Below are positions 20,776 to 29,344 of a DNA stretch of 64,000 nucleotides, piece by piece. The stretch lies in NCBI RefSeq assembly GCF_054482595.1, contig NZ_JBTHVH010000001.1. One strand, 5' to 3'. The number at the start of each line of letters is the position of its first letter. Positions within the stretch are counted from its first letter, which is position 1. This DNA comes from a plasmid. Position numbers and translations under genes: made by a program. The notes beneath the pieces were generated by a model, which saw only the letters and a program-made list of their open reading frames with translations, did not search any database and was not told where the DNA came from.

Positions 20776-21890
20776 GAACATCGTTAGTTACCCGTGAAGA
20801 GATGATCGAGGCAATTGAACAGCACACTGCCTGTATCAGTACCAGGGATATACCAGGCGTTATTGCCAACTACTTCATGATCACCAAACAACTTTACCGG
20901 AGAAAGGACAAGAACGCGGTTCACCGTATCCTGTTGTCTGATATCCGCGAATACCTGCTCGAACAGGGTCATCTGAATTACGCAACCGTCGCAGCCGAAT
21001 CACGCAAGGAGGCACACAGAATGAAAGCAACTAACGTTAAATCAGAAAAAATTCATGCACCTTCAGTTCAGGAATCGGAGCTGGTGGTTGTTCAGAATCA
21101 GTCTGATGAAATTCCCGTTCTGGAATGGCAGGGAGTGCGTGTAGTGACAACCGAGACTCTTGCTAGAGGGTATGGGACAGAAACAATCCGTATTCGCCAA
21201 AATCATCATGAGAACAAAGTACGCTTTGTTGAAGGGAAGCACTTTTTCAAAGTTGAAGGAGAATCATTGCGCGAGTTGAAGCACAGAGTAGCTTTAAACT
21301 ACTCTGTAAAAATTGCTCGCAATGTTCGCTCACTCACCCTCTGGACAGAACGCGGCGCAGCCCGCCACGCTAAAATGCTCGAAACCGATCAGGCATGGGC
21401 ATTCTTTGAAAAACTGGAAGACAGCTACTTCCGACAAAAAGAACAGCAACCGATCGCAATCCCCCAAACATTACCAGAAGCCCTACGCCTGGCTGCCGAA
21501 CTGGCTGAACAAAAGCAGCTTCTGGAACAGAAAGCCCACCAGCTAAATCAGCAGCTGGTGGCCGCCGCTCCTAAGGTCGATTTTGCCGACCGGGTATCAG
21601 TAGCTAAAGGGATCCTGATTGGGAATTTTGCAAAGGTTGTTGGACTTAAGCAAAACGCGCTGTTTGTCTGGTTACGGGAGAACGGCATCCTGATAGCGTC
21701 CGGTGGACGTAAAAATGTGCCGTTCCAGCAGTACATCAACGCGGGGTATTTCACGGTGAAAGAAGTGGTGCTGGATGATGAAGATGGCTACCAGATACGG
21801 TTGACGCCTCAATTAACGGGTAAAGGCCAGCAGTGGTTGACGCGTAAACTGCTCGATGCTGGCTTGTTAAAACCGGTGGCGGCTGAATAA
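20772..21890 (+). CDS. ant1: antirepressor Ant1 (372 aa) with in-frame internal start for Ant2 at Met84; C-terminal KilAC/ANT domain
   Basis: Size matches remembered 42/32 kDa Ant1/Ant2; AntA-like middle domain; conserved C-terminal block shared with 25550..26602. Confidence 0.7.
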   Translation: MRTSLVTREEMIEAIEQHTACISTRDIPGVIANYFMITKQLYRRKDKNAVHRILLSDIREYLLEQGHLNYATVAAESRKEAHRMKATNVKSEKIHAPSVQESELVVVQNQSDEIPVLEWQGVRVVTTETLARGYGTETIRIRQNHHENKVRFVEGKHFFKVEGESLRELKHRVALNYSVKIARNVRSLTLWTERGAARHAKMLETDQAWAFFEKLEDSYFRQKEQQPIAIPQTLPEALRLAAELAEQKQLLEQKAHQLNQQLVAAAPKVDFADRVSVAKGILIGNFAKVVGLKQNALFVWLRENGILIASGGRKNVPFQQYINAGYFTVKEVVLDDEDGYQIRLTPQLTGKGQQWLTRKLLDAGLLKPVAAE

Positions 21891-21897
21891 TGGAAGA

Positions 21898-21919
21898 ATG
21901 CCCGGTTGATGCCGGGCAT
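21898..21919 (+). terminator. hairpin ATGCCCGG-loop-CCGGGCAT after ant
   Basis: Read directly. Confidence 0.45.
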
Positions 21920-21922
21920 AAT

Positions 21923-22774
21923 TTATTGCGCGCTTTCGGGGTTGTCGTTTACTGGCTGCCCCTTCTTGGTTTTACGGCTGCGCGTAACTGATGCGGCTGA
22001 CTTAACCTTTTTCTCTTCGCGAGTGATGGCAATTTGTTTTTTTACATTTTCAATATCTGCCAGGCGATATATTTTTGCTTGCGGCCAGCGGTCGCAGATG
22101 ATCGGTTCTATGGAGTCATAAAGGCTAAATTTTGCTTTTTCGAATTCACCGTTGATGATAATTCCATCACGGAGAGTTTCATCGCAGATAAACACGCCAC
22201 ACAGTGGCACATGGTAACTAACTGATTTACCATCATTGTAGTTAGGGCTACTGGAAATGTAGTGGACGCGCAGCATTGTTTCGCTAAAGCCGTGTACGCG
22301 CATACGGAATTTTTCATCCTCCGGGTACTGCCTCATTAGCTCTTTTGTTGCTTCCAGGTTCTCTATGTATTTCGCACTGTGCTCATTGATCCCCGCGCTT
22401 TTTTGGATGCGAATGTCCTTATCAATCAGATGAATAATGCGGCCAGCGGTCATGTTGACGCTGTTCACAGCTTCTGTCTGATAAGTTGTAACCTTGCGCA
22501 CACCGCGAAGGATGTTAGGCACTGGATATAAAATAGTCTTTGGGATATTGAGGTCTGGGTACTGTTCCAGTTCCCGCGCCATTAAAGTCCATTTATCAAT
22601 TTCAGCCTGAATGCTGTCTGTTTCTTTGAACGGTAGAACGACAACCGGGCGTACAGGACGACCGTCGCTGGCGGCATCAACGTGTTGGGCGCGTGCAACA
22701 GCTTTTTTTAGAAAGAGATCCCTGAAGCTGACGAACTCCTGGTACAGTTGTTCGCCGTAGACATAATTTATCAT
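21923..22774 (-). CDS. c1: C1 repressor of lysis
   Basis: 283 aa; N-terminus MINYVYGEQLYQEFVSFRDLFLKKAVARAQ matches remembered P1 C1. Confidence 0.95.
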   Translation of the reverse strand: MINYVYGEQLYQEFVSFRDLFLKKAVARAQHVDAASDGRPVRPVVVLPFKETDSIQAEIDKWTLMARELEQYPDLNIPKTILYPVPNILRGVRKVTTYQTEAVNSVNMTAGRIIHLIDKDIRIQKSAGINEHSAKYIENLEATKELMRQYPEDEKFRMRVHGFSETMLRVHYISSSPNYNDGKSVSYHVPLCGVFICDETLRDGIIINGEFEKAKFSLYDSIEPIICDRWPQAKIYRLADIENVKKQIAITREEKKVKSAASVTRSRKTKKGQPVNDNPESAQ

Positions 22775-22868
22775 TGATCCTCCTCCAGAATTGACATGGT
22801 CAATAACGCCCGGCTGAGAAAACCGGTCATTACTGACCTATATTATAGAGGGATCAAACAAAAATAAT

Positions 22869-22885
22869 AGATTTATTAGTGCATT
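22869..22885 (-). promoter_or_regulatory. C1 operator-like site (14/17) between c1 and coi
   Basis: Reverse complement AATGCACTAATAAATCT. Confidence 0.5.
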
Positions 22886-23094
22886 TATTGTGAGTCTAAC
22901 TGGTTAGTTGTCATGAGATATTCGATTGTGTCAGTGAGGTCATCCAGGTCGTCTTGGGTGATGCGGTACTCCTGATTGGATATCTTTGAGTAGTGTTCAG
23001 CAATGGCGCGGGCAGCGTCGGTTTCGGCAGGGTCTACAGATAAAGCGTTAGAGCAATGTCTAACGTCGTCGATGGTTGGTTGAATGAAAGCCAT
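22885..23094 (-). CDS. coi: Coi, C1 inactivator
   Basis: 69 aa, directly upstream of c1 on the same strand. Confidence 0.85.
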   Translation of the reverse strand: MAFIQPTIDDVRHCSNALSVDPAETDAARAIAEHYSKISNQEYRITQDDLDDLTDTIEYLMTTNQLDSQ

Positions 23095-23332
23095 AATTAT
23101 GCCTCACTGTATTGACAACACAGAGCCCGAAGCTCTGACCTACTGTTTCACCCATGATCCATGCTGGGGTAATCTAACAACATTGCGCTGTGTGTAAGAT
23201 GAGCAATGCATAGCTGTAATGCCGTTGTATAAGGTTTCCCTGTTTGCTCATTTCCTTCTGAGCCGCTCTACAACGCTGAAGACACATTAAATAGTGAATC
23301 CAAAGTCGTATTACGTAACGGCGGCAAAACTA

Positions 23333-23349
23333 TAATTTATTAGAGCAAT
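23333..23349 (-). promoter_or_regulatory. C1 operator (16/17), Op99-type region upstream of coi
   Basis: Reverse complement ATTGCTCTAATAAATTA. Confidence 0.65.
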
Positions 23350-23415
23350 TGTCAAACAACTATGAAAAACAATCCAGTTTTTAGCTGGTGGAGTGGGATT
23401 TTTCTCTCAAAATTT

Positions 23416-23432
23416 ATTGCTCTAATAATTCT
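23416..23432 (+). promoter_or_regulatory. C1 operator (15/17)
   Basis: ATTGCTCTAATAATTCT. Confidence 0.6.
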
Positions 23433-23476
23433 TGATTTTTATGCGCAGCTGGACGTAAACTCCTCTTCGGATCTAA

Positions 23477-23510
23477 TAACTTCGTATAGCATACATTATA
23501 CGAAGTTATA
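23477..23510 (+). other. loxP: loxP recombination site
   Basis: Exact ATAACTTCGTATAGCATACATTATACGAAGTTAT. Confidence 0.97.
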
Positions 23511-23698
23511 TTAAGGGTTATTGAATATGATCAATTTACCTGTAAATCCATACAGTTCAATACTGTAGCAGGTCAAATAGTGACCACTTGATCATTTGAT
23601 CAAGGTTGCGCTACGTAAAATCTGTGAAAAATTGGCGGTGTTAGTCCTACAGATTTCGCGTAGCGCACTTAGCACCACCAATCAATCAGAGGTGAAAA

Positions 23699-23920
23699 AT
23701 GGGATATTCAACTGCTAAAGTGTCCACTCATCTTGAGCTTGAGAAAAACCGTGGTTACTGGCGGGCAAAAGGGTTTGATCGTGATAGTTGCCAACTGTCA
23801 TTATCGCGCGGTGAAGAGAAAATAGAACGCACGCGCGGTCGCTGGCGTTTCTATGACGAGAACCATAAACAGGTAAAGGCAGAGCCGATCCTGTACACTT
23901 TACTTAAAACCATTATCTGA
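23699..23920 (+). CDS. small ORF (73 aa) between loxP and cre
   Basis: ATG with GAGGTG SD; identity unknown. Confidence 0.35.
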   Translation: MGYSTAKVSTHLELEKNRGYWRAKGFDRDSCQLSLSRGEEKIERTRGRWRFYDENHKQVKAEPILYTLLKTII

Positions 23921-23927
23921 GTGTTAA

Positions 23928-24959
23928 ATGTCCAATTTACTGACCGTACACCAAAATTTGCCTGCATTACCGGTCGATGCAACGAGTGATGAGGTTCGCA
24001 AGAACCTGATGGACATGTTCAGGGATCGCCAGGCGTTTTCTGAGCATACCTGGAAAATGCTTCTGTCCGTTTGCCGGTCGTGGGCGGCATGGTGCAAGTT
24101 GAATAACCGGAAATGGTTTCCCGCAGAACCTGAAGATGTTCGCGATTATCTTCTATATCTTCAGGCGCGCGGTCTGGCAGTAAAAACTATCCAGCAACAT
24201 TTGGGCCAGCTAAACATGCTTCATCGTCGGTCCGGGCTGCCACGACCAAGTGACAGCAATGCTGTTTCACTGGTTATGCGGCGGATCCGAAAAGAAAACG
24301 TTGATGCCGGTGAACGTGCAAAACAGGCTCTAGCGTTCGAACGCACTGATTTCGACCAGGTTCGTTCACTCATGGAAAATAGCGATCGCTGCCAGGATAT
24401 ACGTAATCTGGCATTTCTGGGGATTGCTTATAACACCCTGTTACGTATAGCCGAAATTGCCAGGATCAGGGTTAAAGATATCTCACGTACTGACGGTGGG
24501 AGAATGTTAATCCATATTGGCAGAACGAAAACGCTGGTTAGCACCGCAGGTGTAGAGAAGGCACTTAGCCTGGGGGTAACTAAACTAGTCGAGCGATGGA
24601 TTTCTGTCTCTGGTGTGGCTGATGATCCGAATAACTACTTGTTTTGCCGTGTCAGAAAAAATGGCGTAGCTGCGCCATCTGCCACCAGCCAGCTATCAAC
24701 TCGCGCCCTGGAAGGGATTTTTGAAGCAACTCATCGATTGATTTACGGCGCTAAGGATGACTCTGGTCAGAGATACCTGGCCTGGTCTGGACACAGTGCC
24801 CGTGTCGGAGCCGCGCGAGATATGGCCCGCGCCGGAGTTTCAATACCGGAGATCATGCAAGCTGGTGGCTGGACCAACGTAAATATTGTCATGAACTATA
24901 TCCGTAACCTGGATAGTGAAACAGGGGCAATGGTGCGCCTGCTGGAAGATGGCGATTAG
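23928..24959 (+). CDS. cre: Cre site-specific tyrosine recombinase
   Basis: 343 aa; matches the well-known Cre sequence (MSNLLTVHQNLPALPVDATSDEVRKNLMDMF...MVRLLEDGD). Confidence 0.97.
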   Translation: MSNLLTVHQNLPALPVDATSDEVRKNLMDMFRDRQAFSEHTWKMLLSVCRSWAAWCKLNNRKWFPAEPEDVRDYLLYLQARGLAVKTIQQHLGQLNMLHRRSGLPRPSDSNAVSLVMRRIRKENVDAGERAKQALAFERTDFDQVRSLMENSDRCQDIRNLAFLGIAYNTLLRIAEIARIRVKDISRTDGGRMLIHIGRTKTLVSTAGVEKALSLGVTKLVERWISVSGVADDPNNYLFCRVRKNGVAAPSATSQLSTRALEGIFEATHRLIYGAKDDSGQRYLAWSGHSARVGAARDMARAGVSIPEIMQAGGWTNVNIVMNYIRNLDSETGAMVRLLEDGD

Positions 24960-24976
24960 CCATTAACGCGTAAATG

Positions 24977-24993
24977 ATTGCTCTAATTCTTTG
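24977..24993 (+). promoter_or_regulatory. weak C1 operator-like half site (core ATTGCTCTAAT)
   Basis: 13/17. Confidence 0.3.
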
Positions 24994-25009
24994 ATATTTA
25001 TGGCGACAT

Positions 25010-25321
25010 ATGAGAAAGAATTTCAACATCGACGGAAAATATGTAGTGCTGTCAGTGAGCACTAATATTCAGTCGCCAGCCGTCATTGTCACTGTAAAGC
25101 TGAGCGATAGAATGCCTGATATTGACTCAATATCCGTTGCGTTCCCTGTCAGAAGTATGCGTAGTGCTGAACATTTCGTGATGAATGCCACCGAGGAAGA
25201 AGCACGGCGCGGTTTTGCTAAAGTGATGTCTGAGTTTGGCGAATTTTTGGGGCACGTTGACAAAGCCCTCTCAATCAGTTCAGCAAGATCCAAAGCATTA
25301 ACAGCTTCCATGATGAAATAA
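25010..25321 (+). CDS. hypothetical protein (103 aa) downstream of cre
   Basis: Track ORF ending just before a hairpin; weak SD. Confidence 0.35.
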   Translation: MRKNFNIDGKYVVLSVSTNIQSPAVIVTVKLSDRMPDIDSISVAFPVRSMRSAEHFVMNATEEEARRGFAKVMSEFGEFLGHVDKALSISSARSKALTASMMK

Positions 25322-25326
25322 AAAAA

Positions 25327-25345
25327 GCCTGGCAAGGAGCCAGGC
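25327..25345 (-). terminator. hairpin GCCTGGC-AAGGA-GCCAGGC followed by a U-run on the minus strand; terminator for module B
   Basis: Read directly; A7 precedes it on the plus strand. Confidence 0.45.
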
Positions 25346-25549
25346 TGCACAAAAGAGCGGGTTTGTATTCCGCATCCAATCAATCAAGAAGGAGTATAGC
25401 ACACAGGTACTGACGTGAAAAAATATGATTCGCGATAAACAAAATACCTATCATTGCTCTAATTGAGCCGCAGTTTTTGTCAACTACGAAGACGTGGCCA
25501 TTACCTACTCCTTTGAAATCATTGGCGACCATTAGGCCGCCTTTTTTAA

Positions 25550-26602
25550 TCATTCAGCCGCCACCGGTTTTAACAAGCCAGCATCAAGTAGCTTGCGAGT
25601 CAACCACTGCTGGCCTTTACCCGTTAATTGGGGCGTCAGCCGTATCTGGTAGCCATTTTCATCATCCAGCACCACTTCTTTCACCGTGAAATACCCGGCG
25701 TTGATGTACTGTTGGCGCGGTACGTTTTTGCGCGCACCAAAAGCCATGAGAATGCCGTTCTGGCGCAACCATGAGAAAAGGGCGTTTTGCTTCAGTCCAA
25801 CGACCTTTGCAAAGTTCCCGATCAGGATTCCATTAGCCACTGATACCCGAACGGCAAAATCGACTTTAGGGGCTGCGGCCACCAGCTGCTGATTTAGCTG
25901 GTGGGCTTTCTGTTCCAGAAGTTGCTTTTGTTCAGCCAGCTCGGCAGCCAGGCGCAGAGCTTCGGGGAGTGTTTGGGGGAGCACTGGAGAAGCAGTGTTA
26001 GCCTGCTGCAATTCCTCCAGTTTGTCGATCAGCGAACGGCGGACCGCTTTTGACTCGCGCGCGGCAACTCGCAGGGCTTGTTTGTAGGTCATGGAGATAG
26101 TTTCAGATGTTGTGTTGTTTAATTTTTGCACTACGAAAATTTCGTAGTACTCACCATCCAGTTCATCCTTAACTCTGGCAATAAAATCATTATTGCGAAC
26201 TGGTTTTTCGCTGCATAATTTCCGCGCTTCATTGACCATCTTCAACAATGTTTGGCTGTCTATTGTGTCGCCGCTGTTGGGGATAACATTCACGGCTGGT
26301 GCAGTTGTTCCCAAAGACTTCGTAACTACAGCGTCTGGTTTGCTTGCTTTCATTCTGTGTGCCTCCTTGCGTGTTTCGGCTGCGACGGTTGCGTAATTCA
26401 GATGCCCCTGTTCGAGCAGGTATTCACGGATATCGGTTAGCAGAATGCGGTGAACCGCGTGTTTGTCCTTTCTCCGGTAAAGTTGTTTGGTGATCATGAA
26501 GTAGTTGGCAATAACGCCTGGTATATCCCTGGTACTGATACAGGCAGTGTGCTGTTCAATTGCCTCGATCATCTCTTCACGGGTGACTAATGACGTTCTC
26601 AT
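25550..26602 (-). CDS. antirepressor-like protein, paralog of Ant1 with a different central domain (350 aa)
   Basis: First about 85 aa and last about 150 aa near-identical to 20772..21890; middle unrelated. Confidence 0.65.
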   Translation of the reverse strand: MRTSLVTREEMIEAIEQHTACISTRDIPGVIANYFMITKQLYRRKDKHAVHRILLTDIREYLLEQGHLNYATVAAETRKEAHRMKASKPDAVVTKSLGTTAPAVNVIPNSGDTIDSQTLLKMVNEARKLCSEKPVRNNDFIARVKDELDGEYYEIFVVQKLNNTTSETISMTYKQALRVAARESKAVRRSLIDKLEELQQANTASPVLPQTLPEALRLAAELAEQKQLLEQKAHQLNQQLVAAAPKVDFAVRVSVANGILIGNFAKVVGLKQNALFSWLRQNGILMAFGARKNVPRQQYINAGYFTVKEVVLDDENGYQIRLTPQLTGKGQQWLTRKLLDAGLLKPVAAE

Positions 26603-26820
26603 AGTCCCTCCTGAGCAGAAGCGTTAACAGGGAGGCACCAGTAACTGAGAGAATTGCGCAAATCGGTAGAAAAGCGGGCAGAGAAAATACAGGGAGCATC
26701 CGGAAGCTGAGAACGTGCCTCATCTTCTGTTGGTGCGATAACGAAGTGATAGTGACGTTTCTGGCAGGAGTAAAAGCGCCAGATAAATTCAGGGCGTGCG
26801 CAAGGATTGGCATTAACCAT
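26599..26820 (-). CDS. icd-like small protein (73 aa), paralog of 20554..20775
   Basis: PEFIWRFYSCQKRHYHFVIAPTEDEARSQLPDAPCIFSARFSTD block shared; ATGA overlap with downstream gene. Confidence 0.55.
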   Translation of the reverse strand: MVNANPCARPEFIWRFYSCQKRHYHFVIAPTEDEARSQLPDAPCIFSARFSTDLRNSLSYWCLPVNASAQEGL

Positions 26821-26867
26821 AGTTACGGCCTCATGTACAGGTTTAACAACCTGCTATCCGCTGCTAA

Positions 26868-26947
26868 ACGGGTGGCAGGACGTGACGGGGTTAGCAGACT
26901 GGCGTACATGAAACCAGCAGGCCGAAGCCTCCCCATCACGCCCCACC
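26868..26947 (-). ncRNA. c4-like structured antisense RNA (module B), diverged from module A
   Basis: Aligns to the module A RNA with compensatory stem changes; recognition TCATGTAC complementary to GTACATGA on the icd-B SD (plus 26831-26838). Confidence 0.45.
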
Positions 26948-27121
26948 ATAATTCGGGCGTAACGTGGTTTTACGGACACAAAAATACCGCAATATCGGAT
27001 ATCTGCGGTTGTCCGCATGTACATTCAGGCTGCTAAACCCGGTCGCAGAATTTGCTACGACGGCGGAACTATAAGCCTGAATGACAGGAAGATCAATAGT
27101 CTGGCGTTCAATGGTAGTATT

Positions 27122-27154
27122 TTTGCTCCAATAAATCAAATCTATTAGAGCAAT
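27122..27154. promoter_or_regulatory. pair of C1 operator-like sites in tail-to-tail arrangement (13/17 and 16/17) between module B and the MBL gene
   Basis: TTTGCTCCAATAAATCA and reverse complement ATTGCTCTAATAGATTT. Confidence 0.55.
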
Positions 27155-27296
27155 AAATTATTATCCCAAGCTTTACAGTGCGCTGTAAAATTCAAACCTT
27201 CGGGTCAGTGGCGGAATCGTATTTCACTCACGGAATGAGTATTATTAGTTTTGTCATACATAGCTAGGTAATGAATCACTTGAAGGAACTACGAAC

Positions 27297-28097
27297 ATGT
27301 CCGTGACCATTAGCGTCCTGCTGGAAAACAGACTTAAGCTTGGAGTTAAAAACTCGCTGCGTGCTAAAGCAGGACTTAGTCTGTTGATACAGGATGAAAA
27401 CGATTCAATCCTGTTTGATACTGGGCCTGATGATAGCTTCATGTATAACGCAGGTTTAATGGGGGTCGATTTGACAAAACTGACCGCAGTTGTACTTTCC
27501 CATGGTCACTATGACCACTGCGGAGGTGTTCCGTGGATACCAGACACATGCAGGATAATATGCCATCCTATGGTGTCGGATGAGCGCTATTCGGCAATCA
27601 GGTTTTTAGGCTATACCGCCAGAATAAAAAAATTATCATTACATAATGATTTTTCACGTTTCCGCATGGAATACAGCAACACACCATTGCATATCAGTGA
27701 GCGTTTTATGTGGTCAGGAGAGATCCCTGTTGCCAGGCCACGCGCTTACGGTGTTATCGGGTGTAAGAATACGAAAGAAGATTACGTAAAAGATGAGGGG
27801 GTTTTAATTTATAAATCAGACTATGGGTTGATCATTTTTATCGGTTGTGGTCATTGCGGGGTAATTGATATTGTGCGCCACTGCCAAAATATAACCGGGA
27901 TAAATCATATTCATGCAATTTTTGGTGGTCTTCATCTGCGCTGTGCGTCCCCTCTTATGCTCTGGAAGGTGAGACAGTTCTTACGCCTTCATAAACCAGA
28001 TAAGATAATGGGGTGTCATTGTACTGGCAAATGGGGACGCTTGTGGTTACCGGAATCAACCTCTCCGGCAACAGGTGATGTTTATGTTCTTGGATAG
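27297..28097 (+). CDS. MBL-fold metallo-hydrolase
   Basis: HGHYDHCGG (HxHxDH), GCGHCG, GGLHL motifs in order; AAGGAA SD; AT-rich by eye. Confidence 0.65.
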   Translation: MSVTISVLLENRLKLGVKNSLRAKAGLSLLIQDENDSILFDTGPDDSFMYNAGLMGVDLTKLTAVVLSHGHYDHCGGVPWIPDTCRIICHPMVSDERYSAIRFLGYTARIKKLSLHNDFSRFRMEYSNTPLHISERFMWSGEIPVARPRAYGVIGCKNTKEDYVKDEGVLIYKSDYGLIIFIGCGHCGVIDIVRHCQNITGINHIHAIFGGLHLRCASPLMLWKVRQFLRLHKPDKIMGCHCTGKWGRLWLPESTSPATGDVYVLG

Positions 28098-28104
28098 ACA
28101 TGGT

Positions 28105-28221
28105 GCTGTTTCTGTTCATGTCGATTGTGTGGTTGGGGGCAAGAAAGAATTCACCTTGCTGAATAAGTCAGAGATGGAGTTGCTGGCTGACGCCTATGAG
28201 ATGGCAAACGTCATGCACTAA
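28105..28221 (+). pseudogene. ref: possible 3' remnant of ref (no start codon; C-terminal peptide GGKKEFTLLNKSEMELLADAYEMANVMH)
   Basis: Open frame from 28009 with no ATG; tail resembles remembered P1 Ref C-terminus; needs alignment. Confidence 0.35.
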
Positions 28222-28228
28222 TAAATAT
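28212..28228 (+). promoter_or_regulatory. C1 operator-like site (ATGCACTAATAAATATA)
   Basis: 12/17 to consensus, same variant type as the site at 22869. Confidence 0.35.
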
Positions 28229-28414
28229 ATTATTTTTAATGATAAATGATTGACAACTGACAAGTGACTTCAGCCAGAATCATCACACGCCCGGTACGGA
28301 TGGATCCCTTTTCAAATATTCCATGGACGGCACAGTCTGAGTACCGGGCGCTACCTTCAGTTGTATGTATTGCTAAGCCGCCGCTGGTGGCTTTTCTTTT
28401 TTGTAGGGGGCGCT

Positions 28415-29056
28415 ATGGATAAGAAAATATGCGTTGTTTCGATGAGCGTCGGCAAACCGGCGTCAATGACTGCTGCATGGATCAATAACGAGCTGATAAT
28501 GGCTGAGCGGACCAGCTACCCTGAACGCCGCCGCGATATGGAACTCCAGCTGCTGCGCGAATTGCGAGAAAAAGAGGAAAAGGGGTTTATCGTGCTGGTG
28601 GAAGAGGAAAACAGCTTTATTACTGGTCGAGTTGGCCAGCGTGTAAGGTTGCGCGATCCCTTCATGAACGGCAGGCCGGTACTAATTGAGGCAATGCAGA
28701 TTTATAAGGAGTTGGAACGCCAGAAAGCAATCAAGTTACCGCGCAAGGAATCCGGCAAATACATCCTCCACCAAAGCATCTTCGATTCCGAACACGATAA
28801 AAAAGGCGATGAATTTTTCAACATCAACTGGAGCGAAATAACGACAGAGCATGTTCTGACGTTACTATGTTGCTTTGCGACGGAATACAACAACGTTGCC
28901 AGCGCCGACTACATCAGGGCAATGGCTGGAGAAGTTGAGGCACGCCAGGAACCATCGTTACTAAGCCCTCTGATTAACATAATTCGCAGAACCCAAACAC
29001 TGGCGCAAAAACAAGTACCACAAGGGGAATTGACGGGTAAAGGTAATTATCTCTGA
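28415..29056 (+). CDS. hypothetical protein (213 aa from MDKK)
   Basis: ATG at 28415 with GGGGG SD; track ORF starts at TTG 28361; position corresponds to P1 mat (unverified). Confidence 0.4.
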   Translation: MDKKICVVSMSVGKPASMTAAWINNELIMAERTSYPERRRDMELQLLRELREKEEKGFIVLVEEENSFITGRVGQRVRLRDPFMNGRPVLIEAMQIYKELERQKAIKLPRKESGKYILHQSIFDSEHDKKGDEFFNINWSEITTEHVLTLLCCFATEYNNVASADYIRAMAGEVEARQEPSLLSPLINIIRRTQTLAQKQVPQGELTGKGNYL

Positions 29057-29095
29057 AAGATGCCCGGCGATAGACCGGGCAAAAGGGCGGAAAGT

Positions 29096-29344
29096 TTAAT
29101 CAGCATTCAGGAGCAATGCGTTATCTATGATGATCTGCTCCCATTCTTCGAATGCCCGATCGCGGACGCCCTGGGGAACACTGTTAGTTTTGAAATCGAC
29201 GACCGTACGCCATTTCCCGTCCGGACGGTACATGCGCAGAGCTTTACTTCCCCCTTCCCTGCGCACCTCAACGTTATGCTTGTCAGCAAACTCTTGTAAT
29301 GCTCGTAACGTCCCATGCTTTACTGTGTAGTATCGCTTTTTCAA
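29096..29344 (-). CDS. lxc: Lxc/Bof-like C1 co-repressor (82 aa)
   Basis: Size and position downstream of ulx-darB as in P1. Confidence 0.45.
   Translation of the reverse strand: MKKRYYTVKHGTLRALQEFADKHNVEVRREGGSKALRMYRPDGKWRTVVDFKTNSVPQGVRDRAFEEWEQIIIDNALLLNAD

Noticed and set aside
23095-23330. small minus-strand ORFs (23-25 codons) in the imcA/imcB position
   Set aside because: Too short and without convincing SD to call; region treated as operator/promoter DNA.
25069-25383. minus-strand 104-aa ORF antisense to the 103-aa ORF
   Set aside because: Its first codons would be translated through the terminator hairpin at 25327-25345; the plus-strand ORF ending before the hairpin is more plausible.
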